24,000 nucleotides of DNA, from NCBI RefSeq assembly GCF_008326425.1, contig NZ_AP018929.1, positions 362,875 through 386,874 of the forward strand. Direction: 5' to 3'. This document shows positions 1-7,468 of this stretch, piece by piece. Each line of letters opens with the position of its first letter. Within the stretch, counting starts at the first letter, position 1. Source of the DNA: Sulfuracidifex tepidarius. GTDB lineage: Archaea; Thermoproteota; Thermoprotei_A; Sulfolobales; Sulfolobaceae. The translations under genes were made by a program, and so were the position numbers. The notes under the pieces are model-generated. The model was given only the letters and a program-made list of their open reading frames with translations. It searched no databases and was not told the origin of the DNA.

Positions 1-1232
1 TCTGAGGCGGGGATGGATAGTCCCCTTTGTTTAAATATTAGTTTTTTTTTCGAAATTCTATTGATGGCTAGGAGGGTTAAAGCGATCAGAGCTACTGTTT
101 CTATGAAGATCGCTCTCTCTGAACCCCTCCTAGCCCTCGTGAACGACTACGTGAAAGCAATACGTTTTTCGTTATTTTGGTTGAAGGAAAATGTCCCGAA
201 CCCGGAAGAGAAGGGAGTGTTAGGAAAAGTCCACGAGGAGTTATACACGAAGTTAAGAGAGGAATACGACCTACCATCAAAGGTTGCTGAGGACTGTTAT
301 AGGGATGCTCTAGCGACGTACAAGGGTTGGTACAACAACCCGAGAAGAGGACGTTTCCCGAGAGTGTACAAACCTACAGTGTGGCTACCCTAGAGCGAGC
401 TATAGCGTGGACTTCGATAACATGACTGTTAGGATAGCGAGTGTTGGTGAAAACTACCACTGGGTTATCCCAGGAACCTCAAGGACTACATGAGTTGGAG
501 GATGAAGGAGGCTAGGCTAGTGGTTAACCATGATAAGGCTTTCCTCAAGGTCGTTTTTGAGAGACCGAAAGAGGAAGTCGAAGCTAAATCAAGCGTTGCT
601 GTTGATATCAATATGAACGAAATAGTTGTTGGCAAGGACGATACACACTACGTCAGGATTCCGACTCGCCTTCACGAGGTTCACCAGTGGAAGTCTTCAG
701 CTGAAAACCTTCAAAAGAATTAACCCAAAGAGGTGGAGGGAGAACGAGAGGATTCTTCACAGGATTCGTTCTCTTCATCAAAAGGCTAAGAGGATTACGG
801 AGGATGCTAGAAAAGTGGGAAAGTGGGTTGTTGAGGTTGCTGAGGATTTCGGTGCCAACGTTATTAAGTTAGAGAGAACCTCAAGAACCTGATTAAACGT
901 GTTAACAAACTACCACTTGATCGGGGATAGGTTGTATTTGATGCAATATCGTAGGATTCAATATTGGGTTGAGTGGCAAGCTGAGAAGCGTGGCGGTCGT
1001 AGAATTCGTGAATCCCAGTTACTCTTCCGTTTCATGCCCTAAAAGTAGGAAAAGGATGGAGGAGAAAGGATATCGTTGGTCTAGGTGTGCTTGTGGTTAT
1101 GAGAACGACCGTGACGTTATTGCGATCATGAACCTAAATAGGGGTTCTCTGACCCTCTCGTCTGTCCCTCAAATGAGAGATGTAAACCCGAACCGATTAG
1201 GGGAACCCTCGCCGTGGCGGGGAGGAAGTCAG
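1..1232 (+). mobile_element. Degraded IS200/IS605-family (IS1341-like, tnpB-only) insertion sequence; left boundary not determinable at the window edge
   Basis: tnpB-type ORF remnants fill 64-1241. A small hairpin GGGGA-N7-TCCCC lies at 9-25 near the left edge. The right end forms a hairpin at 1207-1222 followed by AGGAAGTCAG (1223-1232), directly at the 3' end of the ORF. Confidence 0.7.
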
Positions 1233-1241
1233 CACGTGTAA
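64..1241 (+). pseudogene. tnpB: tnpB/orfB (RNA-guided nuclease family) pseudogene, split by stops and frameshifts into at least 4 segments
   Basis: The segments are 64-393 and 490-723 (same frame, stop-containing gap between them), 626-892 (second frame) and 969-1241 (third frame). The N-terminus [20 protein letters not shown] and the C-terminal [18 protein letters not shown] (CxxC zinc finger plus DRD RuvC-III motif) are typical of OrfB/TnpB. The first Cys pair has decayed (SCPKSRK). Confidence 0.75.
1207..1232 (+). repeat. IS right-end hairpin plus conserved tail (candidate 3' end of a TnpB omega/reRNA scaffold, or the ssDNA end hairpin)
   Basis: CCTCGC (1207-1212), loop CGTG, GCGGGG (1217-1222): 6 pairs including one T-G wobble, followed by AGGAAGTCAG. 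A second copy lies at 3097-3127. Confidence 0.5.
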
Positions 1242-1393
1242 AAAATAAATTAAGTGTAATTTTCAAACTTCTAATGATCTCTAAAAGGTTGGGTATCCCC
1301 CTCTCCTTCTCTTTCCTCAACCTTTCGGGTTACGTTCTTCTCTCCTCCCCATTTCTGGTTTCAGCCATGACACATGAGAACGGACAAGGCAGT

Positions 1394-2698
1394 TCAAGAC
1401 TTGACTGTACCTCTCTCCCCACTCGTCTCCTCTATGGGGACCATATTCGTATCGTAACCCTTGCCTAACCACAGGAGAGAGCCAGCTAAACCGAGAGACC
1501 ATAAAGCCAAGTTGAAACCTACGAACTGAACCTCACTGAAAGAGCTGGTCAGCTGTATTGATGCAGCGTAGGACAACATGGGAGCTACTCTCACAACACC
1601 GATGAAGAGTGCTCTGGCTCTGATAGGCATCAGGGTAGGCTCGAACACCGTCCTGACGGCCCACCCGAACTCGCTGAAGAACATGTTAGCTGTGAGCAGG
1701 ACGTAGAAAGTGACCATGGAGAAGGGGATAAGCGACGTGACTAACATCAGGATAGGTATCATGCTTACTGTCCCTCCTAGGAAGGAGAGAAAGGCGAACT
1801 TCCTAGAACCCAGTTTACTGGCTAGGGCGGAAGCTATTAAACCAGCAGACGACGCTCCCACGTTAGCTACTAACGCTATCAAGTCTACCGTTAACCCCTT
1901 AAAGTAGAAGTCTGCTATCGTGTACGCCATCAGTCCGTACGTCAAGTATTGGGACACGCTGATCAGGATCAGGAACATGAACCTGGTCAGGAGGGAGGCC
2001 GTTCTATCCACTTTCTTCTCCTTTTCCTCCATGACAGGGTGGAACTCCTCAGCTACCTTCCTCGCGTCGTCCTCTTTCCCTTCCTTAACGAGCCACCTTA
2101 CGCTCTCAGGGAGGGCTCTCCTGAGGACTATAGCTACCCCCACCAGGACGATGGCAGTGAGCCCGAGGACCCTGAGCTCGATGAGGTAAGAGTCAGAAAC
2201 GTAATAGGTCAGGTAAGCTATAGCTGAAGCGAAAGCAGCCCCTACGTTATCGAAGTTGGGAAGGAGGATCAGCATGGTTTCTCTGAGCCTCAGGGGCATA
2301 GTTTCTGCAGTGTAAGACAAGGACGTAGGCACCTCCCCCTCTATACCCAGGTCAGCTAGGACTATCCCCAGGACGATCATGGGAAGGAAGAAAGGTGATT
2401 TCCCTGTCATCGCAGCCAGGAAGACGACCATGGCGCCTGACCCGTAGAGCGTCATGGTGAGGAAGAAGGTCGTCTTCCTCCCGAGTTTCACATCTGAGAG
2501 AGCCGAGATCACTAGGTCTCCCACGAGTTGGGCCAAGATGGGGACTATAAGGAACCATATTGCGTTAACTGAAGGATAGAACAGAGGCGCTATGCTGGAT
2601 ATGACCCCCCACATGAAGAAACCTAAGGCTAAGGAAGAGAATAGGGTCCAGTGGGGCTTCGACCACGAGGAAAAGTCAATGTTTTTTGTAATGTCCAC
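1394..2698 (-). CDS. Major facilitator superfamily transporter
   Basis: About 12 hydrophobic segments. MFS motif-A-like loop SDVKLGRKTTF after TM2. A long charged central loop (KEGKEDDARKVAEEFHPVMEEKEKKVDR). The ORF track starts at TTG 2719, but a TATA box (minus-strand TTTATAAG, 2720-2727) lies about 26 nt upstream of the in-frame GTG at 2698, which favours a leaderless start there. Confidence 0.85.
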   Translation of the reverse strand: MDITKNIDFSSWSKPHWTLFSSLALGFFMWGVISSIAPLFYPSVNAIWFLIVPILAQLVGDLVISALSDVKLGRKTTFFLTMTLYGSGAMVVFLAAMTGKSPFFLPMIVLGIVLADLGIEGEVPTSLSYTAETMPLRLRETMLILLPNFDNVGAAFASAIAYLTYYVSDSYLIELRVLGLTAIVLVGVAIVLRRALPESVRWLVKEGKEDDARKVAEEFHPVMEEKEKKVDRTASLLTRFMFLILISVSQYLTYGLMAYTIADFYFKGLTVDLIALVANVGASSAGLIASALASKLGSRKFAFLSFLGGTVSMIPILMLVTSLIPFSMVTFYVLLTANMFFSEFGWAVRTVFEPTLMPIRARALFIGVVRVAPMLSYAASIQLTSSFSEVQFVGFNLALWSLGLAGSLLWLGKGYDTNMVPIEETSGERGTVKS

Positions 2699-2719
2699 GT
2701 GAGAAAAGGAAATTACCAA

Positions 2720-2727
2720 CTTATAAA
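2720..2727 (-). promoter_or_regulatory. TATA box for the MFS transporter gene
   Basis: Minus-strand TTTATAAG is centred about 26 nt upstream of GTG 2698. Confidence 0.4.
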
Positions 2728-3096
2728 CTTAGTTATACACACTCACATGCATAGCTGACTTATCATGCCTTAAGCCTACTGAGGTCACGTTACAAGCCCT
2801 AGGACTAGCTCGCTTCTAGGGAGATTAGATCTCATTATTACACTCGGAAAAAGCTAGGTGACTAAGATCCAGATCTTTAGATTTAGAGGGATAGAGAATG
2901 AGAAATGCTTATAAAAATGTTTTGTTGATTCTCCAAAGCCATGAAGAGAATCTTTATCATGTTTTTCTATTTCTTTTCTTGATATCATCAGCTAACGTCC
3001 TTCCATCTTTAGAGTCAACTCATGTGATAAAATCAAGTACAGAATATTATCCTGTAGACCAGCCCAAAGGAAGTGTTTTTTACAAAAGATTGAAAG

Positions 3097-3127
3097 CCTC
3101 GCCCTTTAGGGCGGGGGAGGAAGTCAG
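3097..3127 (+). repeat. Orphan copy of the IS right-end hairpin plus AGGAAGTCAG tail, with no adjacent tnpB
   Basis: CCTCGCCC (3097-3104), loop TTTA, GGGCGGGG (3109-3116): 8 pairs with the same T-G wobble at the third pair, then G + AGGAAGTCAG (3118-3127). It shares both stem arms and the 10-nt tail with 1207-1232. Confidence 0.5.
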
Positions 3128-3145
3128 ACTAATCATGACGTCTCC

Positions 3146-3415
3146 TTGCAGTACTCCACAACAGGAGGAGTAGGGGCCGTGATATATTACGTGTACCTTA
3201 ACGGCAGAGAGATCTACACCGGGTCTTCTCCTCCAACTACCATGACCTTAGAGCAAGGTGAAAACAACGTCACTGTGGTCGCGGTAGATTCCCTGGGGGT
3301 TAGATCTGTGGCCGAGTTCACTTCCTACTCCTCCCTTCAGTATCTCCCGTTCCTGATCGTGCTAATTCTTGTAATAGCGATTGTAGTTGCAGTAATATTG
3401 AGAAGGGGGAGATGA
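3146..3415 (+). CDS. Small ORF resembling the C-terminal part of a surface protein (beta-rich Ig-like segment plus C-terminal membrane anchor); possibly the 3' piece of a disrupted gene
   Basis: TTG start only. YYVYLNGREIYTG...LEQGENNVTVVAVDSLG resembles Ig-like/Fn3-like surface domains. It ends in the hydrophobic stretch YLPFLIVLILVIAIVVAVIL followed by RRGR. Signal-peptide-like coding lies upstream in other frames (2941-3090). Confidence 0.35.
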   Translation: MQYSTTGGVGAVIYYVYLNGREIYTGSSPPTTMTLEQGENNVTVVAVDSLGVRSVAEFTSYSSLQYLPFLIVLILVIAIVVAVILRRGR

Positions 3416-3591
3416 AGAACTCCCTCTTCTCTTTTTTAAAAAAGAAATAAATTGAAAAAGAAATACCCTATATTTATACATTTCTGTCCTTTTTTCAAAA
3501 TACTGGAGCCTTGTCAGGCCTTCAGTTATGGACACTGACAAATAGAGCATCATTTCTAGTGGTCTGAGCTTTGAGACCAATCTTCTAGAAG

Positions 3592-3599
3592 AAATAAAT
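3592..3599 (+). promoter_or_regulatory. TATA box for the MscS-like gene
   Basis: AAATAAAT is centred about 26 nt upstream of ATG 3621 (leaderless geometry). Confidence 0.45.
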
Positions 3600-3620
3600 G
3601 GGGATAAGAGACTGTAACTT

Positions 3621-4526
3621 ATGTTGAAGTTTTACCAAAAATTCACCATAGGAATCTTACTCGGATTTACTCTCTTTGCAATTAATATAGTAATCTTAGA
3701 GAAAAATCTTCTGCCTACCATTTACGAGACTGCCTTGAAGGCTTCGAGCATAGTAATAGGAGGAATTTACTTCACCATCATCTTTTCAGACGGTATTAGG
3801 GAAATTCTAATTAAAGAGAAGAACTCTTCCCAAGTATCAATAGTCATCCCCAACGTGGTAAAATACGTCGGTTACATCTTAGTTTTCATCGGAGTGCTTG
3901 CAGTCTTCGGAGTTACCTCTGCCGAAGCCCTCGCCGGAGGGACTTTCGCAGGGCTCATATTGGGTCTAGCTTTACAGCCCGTGCTGGAGAACTTCTTTGC
4001 AGGGATATTAATAATTTCAACCGGTTTTATCTCAATAGGAGACCACGTAAGGGTTCTGAACTCGCAGATACCTTACGTACCTGCTAACTTGCCTCCTTAC
4101 AAGTTCTTCTCAAGGGAATACATAGAACAAGGGCTTGAAGGGACTGTGGTTGAAATAGACTTGTTTTACTCCAGGGTTCTACTGGAGAACGGCAGGGAGC
4201 TCAGGATCCCTAATTCCCTCCTCTTGAAGTCATCTGTCATAGACTACACGTCAAAGTTATCCAAGAACATATACGTGAGCTTGAGGGTCGAATTCCCCTT
4301 GGATAAGGTAGACCTGAGCACTCTAGAGGAACAGGTGAAGGACTCGTTGAAGGAGTTCGAGATCGAGGAAGGTCCTTATTTGAGTGAGCAGAGCGACAAA
4401 GACAACGTGATAGTGTCCTTGAGGATAGTTGCAGACGTAAATTCATGGAAGAGGACTAAGTCAGACGCTCTGAGAGAACTCCTGTATTTAAGGAGTAAGA
4501 TGATAAAAGGGCAGACACTCAGATAA
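3621..4526 (+). CDS. Small-conductance mechanosensitive channel (MscS family)
   Basis: Three N-terminal TM helices, then the pore-helix signature GGTFAGLILGLALQPVLENFFAGILIISTGFISIGDHVRV, then the beta-domain EGTVVEIDLFYSRVLLENGRELRIPNSLL. This is the classical MscS pattern. Confidence 0.9.
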   Translation: MLKFYQKFTIGILLGFTLFAINIVILEKNLLPTIYETALKASSIVIGGIYFTIIFSDGIREILIKEKNSSQVSIVIPNVVKYVGYILVFIGVLAVFGVTSAEALAGGTFAGLILGLALQPVLENFFAGILIISTGFISIGDHVRVLNSQIPYVPANLPPYKFFSREYIEQGLEGTVVEIDLFYSRVLLENGRELRIPNSLLLKSSVIDYTSKLSKNIYVSLRVEFPLDKVDLSTLEEQVKDSLKEFEIEEGPYLSEQSDKDNVIVSLRIVADVNSWKRTKSDALRELLYLRSKMIKGQTLR

Positions 4527-4797
4527 TTTAGGTTAGCCGAAAACAGATAGAACGACTTAGAGCTTAGTTCAATGTGCTTAAAAAGTAATGAGGTCCATTT
4601 CCTTTCGTTAAAATTCAAAGCTAATGTTTTCTCTTTCCACACTAAACCTATTTATAGTATTAAGTTATTACCTGACTTTACGCTATCTTTGTATATTTTA
4701 TCGAAGATGAAGGTTCGACTTAGCTATAGATATAGTATCTGAAAGGATGCTATTACTTATAACGGAAATCAAGCAAGTTCATGATTCTCTTTCTTAC

Positions 4798-6513
4798 TTA
4801 GCACTGCATTCCCTGCTCAGCGCTCAGAAACCTGCAGGATTCTCCGAGCCTAGTCACCAGGTTAAGCCAGAACCTTAGGAACTCTTCCATTCCTTCACTT
4901 CCGCCAGAGAGCACTCTGGGATAAGAACCCTTCACGTCTCCGTTGAATATAGACTTCACAAACTTAAGGTACTCCTTGTAGTTCCCCGACATGAACTTGA
5001 TCGTGAAGCCTATTTGAACCAACTGCCTCAAGAGTTCCTCTTCGTCTACCTCCCCGAGGAAGGAGGAGTAATACATGATCAAGAGTGATGGCACTATACT
5101 GTATCCTAACTCTCCCACCATGTCCATGGGTCTGTACACTACTCTTCCCGTCAAAGGCGAAACGTTCACGCTCTCTATGGACTTACCCATGGATCTGAGG
5201 GAAGGCGCAGTGACGTCGTATACCAAGATCACCGGTTCGTTACCCTTGGAGTGGGAATACACTATGAAGGAGGGCTTATCTAAAGCCAACTTAGTGTACC
5301 TAGACATCATCAAGGAGAGACCGTAAATTGACGGGTTCAGGTTCTTCCTGAGGATGTTGACTCCGAACTCGTTGGTAGCCTTCTTCCCTCCGTAGACTAG
5401 GACTCTCCTGAAGCTCCTCTCAGCCTTGTTTTCCCTTGTGATCTCTTCTCCTTGTAAAGACTTCATGAACCTATCGAAGAGGTACTCATGTGATCGGGTT
5501 AGCTGTTGCGTAAGCGAGTATGGGTCAGCTTCTCCTACTACCTTCATAGACGAAGCCTCGCTCATCGGGAAGTCCAATGCGTCTCTGCACGCGTTTATCA
5601 ACGACTTTCTCTCCCCCCTTCTCACGCGTTCTACGCTCGCGTCCAGTACAGTCCCAGCTATTTCCCTCGATCTGTCAGACAGCGAAGAAAAGTAGTAATC
5701 TAGGTACTCTTCTTTTTTCTTCACGAAGTCCTCTTCTACCAGAGCCCACGCGACGGGCTCCAGGAGCACTGATATCATGGAAGGGTAATAGAACGATAGG
5801 AAATAGCTGTGCTTGACTAAGTCCTCGAAAAGGGAGACCGCGTCTTCCCTCATCATGGCCCCAACTATCTCGTCACTGTTCTTCTTTATTAACTCCAATG
5901 TGTTCTGGTTAACCTCTCTAGGGACCCCCGTAAGCTCGTGGACCATCTCAGAGAACACCGCTTGATCCAACTCAACCCTCCACGAGACGGCGTCTATAAT
6001 CGATCCCGCGGACGTGCCCTTCAAGGTCCTCCAGTGGAGGTGTTCGTGAGTCAGGGTCCTGACAGCATCTCCTTTAACGTCAGTTCTCAGTTTAGAGGCT
6101 AACTCGGTCACGTTCTCACCGTCCTCTATTCCTTCCATCAAAGAAATACCTCCTCTCTTAAACCAGTCGTGAAAGCCCACCTCCATTGACCCTACCGTGT
6201 CGGTATTTATCCCCATGCTCTCCAACGGGATACCTCTCCTTATCACCACCGACTCTCCTGTAAATATGCCTGCGTCAGACTTCAGGTTAGTGTCGTTGAT
6301 GTGTGTGAGCCCTTTCCCTTCCATGAGATGGTGTTCGACCTTCATGGACTTACTGTCGTCGTATAAGGAACTAGTTAGCCAAACTATCAACTTGTCCTTC
6401 ACCATGTCCGGCATATGTGACAAGACCTTGTAGTTTAAGGAGAAGAGAGACTTGCCCAAGTAAAAGTATGTTACCTTAGATAGAAGTAAATCAGCTTTCC
6501 TCACCATCTCCAT
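4798..6513 (-). CDS. Hypothetical soluble 571-aa protein with an HExxH (HEHLH) motif; function unknown
   Basis: It is a long uninterrupted ORF, and the antisense ORFs within it are short. No hydrophobic segments are evident. HEHLH is encoded at 6034-6048 (the reverse complement CACGAACACCTCCAC was checked). I recognise no family. Confidence 0.75.
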   Translation of the reverse strand: MEMVRKADLLLSKVTYFYLGKSLFSLNYKVLSHMPDMVKDKLIVWLTSSLYDDSKSMKVEHHLMEGKGLTHINDTNLKSDAGIFTGESVVIRRGIPLESMGINTDTVGSMEVGFHDWFKRGGISLMEGIEDGENVTELASKLRTDVKGDAVRTLTHEHLHWRTLKGTSAGSIIDAVSWRVELDQAVFSEMVHELTGVPREVNQNTLELIKKNSDEIVGAMMREDAVSLFEDLVKHSYFLSFYYPSMISVLLEPVAWALVEEDFVKKKEEYLDYYFSSLSDRSREIAGTVLDASVERVRRGERKSLINACRDALDFPMSEASSMKVVGEADPYSLTQQLTRSHEYLFDRFMKSLQGEEITRENKAERSFRRVLVYGGKKATNEFGVNILRKNLNPSIYGLSLMMSRYTKLALDKPSFIVYSHSKGNEPVILVYDVTAPSLRSMGKSIESVNVSPLTGRVVYRPMDMVGELGYSIVPSLLIMYYSSFLGEVDEEELLRQLVQIGFTIKFMSGNYKEYLKFVKSIFNGDVKGSYPRVLSGGSEGMEEFLRFWLNLVTRLGESCRFLSAEQGMQC

Positions 6514-6628
6514 GTAAGCATCTCGGTCTCAAAGGCCATATGAGAGTTAATCATTCATCTATTAAAAGTTTTTCTTTATATTAAGAAACAGCTTTTCGTT
6601 TTTAAAACTAAAATAAGTTAAAACTTTA

Positions 6629-6979
6629 TCACGTATCTTTTCTGATCTCCTTCTCTAACTTCTCAAGGGTGTCTATCTCGTCCTCGTCTATCTCGTCTAC
6701 GTGTCTGGCTATCTTAGCTGCTAGGTACCTCATCTTCATCTTCTTATCGCTCTTAAGCTGGGCTACTGCTTCCTTGCCTGACTCGGTAATCGAGTAGACG
6801 TCGAACTCGTCCTTTACGACCATTCCCGTCTCGGTCAGACGCTGTAGAGACTGCCAGACAGTCTTGTTGTTCAGCCCGGTAGCTCTAGAGATATTGGCCG
6901 CCCTGTCCCTACCCTTTACGCTCAGATACTCCAAAACTTCTAACTCAGTTGATTTAGGATCCAAGTTATAGTTAGTCAT
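6629..6979 (-). CDS. Small winged-helix-turn-helix transcription regulator (MarR/ArsR-like fold) with an acidic coiled C-terminal tail
   Basis: ELEVLEYLSVKGRDRAANISRATGLNNKTVWQSLQRLTETGMVVK fits helix-turn-helix plus wing. A TATA box lies at 7013-7020. A GAGGT Shine-Dalgarno-like element lies just upstream of ATG 6979. Confidence 0.8.
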   Translation of the reverse strand: MTNYNLDPKSTELEVLEYLSVKGRDRAANISRATGLNNKTVWQSLQRLTETGMVVKDEFDVYSITESGKEAVAQLKSDKKMKMRYLAAKIARHVDEIDEDEIDTLEKLEKEIRKDT

Positions 6980-7012
6980 TTCTTTACCTCTATCTATTAT
7001 TAGATTCTATGA

Positions 7013-7020
7013 TATATAAA
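7013..7020 (-). promoter_or_regulatory. TATA box of the wHTH regulator gene, followed by ATAGA-type repeats
   Basis: The minus strand reads TTTATATATC ATAGAATCTAATAATAGATAGAGGTAAAGAA ATG. The TATA box lies about 37 nt upstream of the ATG, and the ATAGAAT/ATAGATA repeats occupy the TATA-to-TSS interval. Confidence 0.4.
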
Positions 7021-7468
7021 CCTTTTTTCTTAGTTAGAAAAAAACTGAAATAGAAGAGATAACGGGAGGCAAGTTTTTGTGACGTTTGTAGCTTCAACGT
7101 GAGAGATGATGAGGTATGCCTTACGTCATTTTCGGACCGTGATTGAAAGAGGGATGGAAGATCCTCTGAGGAGATTTCATGGTAACAAACTTCGAAGATA
7201 GGTAGGGCTGGCGCGTTACGGGATCAGAATCCAACCGTAAGTGATTTCCAGTGATCTGGTTCCTCGTCATAAAGATTTCTCGTCTAAAAGGTGAGGAAAA
7301 ATATTTCACGTTGAAGACAGAGTAAAGAAAGCGAAGTAAAGTAAAAAAGCTAAACAGAATATTTATACTACACGTCATATGTATGGAGAAGATCTGAAGA
7401 CGGGGTTTAAAGAGAAGCGAGGAATTCGAACTCGTCTTCATGAGTTACTCATGCAATACAGGAAATAA

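Noticed and set aside
1126-1502. Small ORFs (61-84 aa) in the spacer between the IS end and the MFS gene
   Set aside because: They overlap each other, the IS terminus and the 3' end of the MFS gene. There are no motifs, and the CT-rich, low-complexity sequence is more likely spacer.
2898-3173. 91-aa ORF as an intact gene
   Set aside because: Its C-terminal third is simply a translation of the IS-end hairpin copy (ASPFRAGEEVR). I treated it as part of a disrupted gene rather than as a functional CDS.
5075-6433. Plus-strand ORFs of 65-89 aa inside the 571-aa gene, and similar shadow ORFs inside the MFS, ATPase, platform and giant genes (e.g. 1710-2227, 7695-8048, 8630-8935, 9962-10162, 14251-14682, 15344-15927, 16609-17195)
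   Set aside because: All are embedded in much longer ORFs on the other strand or frame that carry clear family signatures. None has its own promoter geometry.
7105-7169. Possible C/D-box sRNA: GATGATGA (C box) at 7105-7112, GTGATTGA (C'-like) at 7139-7146, CTGA (D box) at 7166-7169
   Set aside because: The spacing does not fit archaeal C/D sRNAs. No CTGA-like D' lies 12 nt after the C box (GTCA instead). The C' has an inserted T, and 19 nt rather than about 12 nt separate C' from the D box. No terminal stem is present.
7121-7441. 106-aa minus-strand ORF in the gap between the platform gene and the wHTH gene
   Set aside because: There is no TATA box at a sensible distance, the sequence is low-complexity and oddly composed (MKTSSNSSLLFKPRLQIF...), and no motif is recognisable. 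It is probably a chance ORF in non-coding DNA. The 489-bp gap itself remains unexplained.
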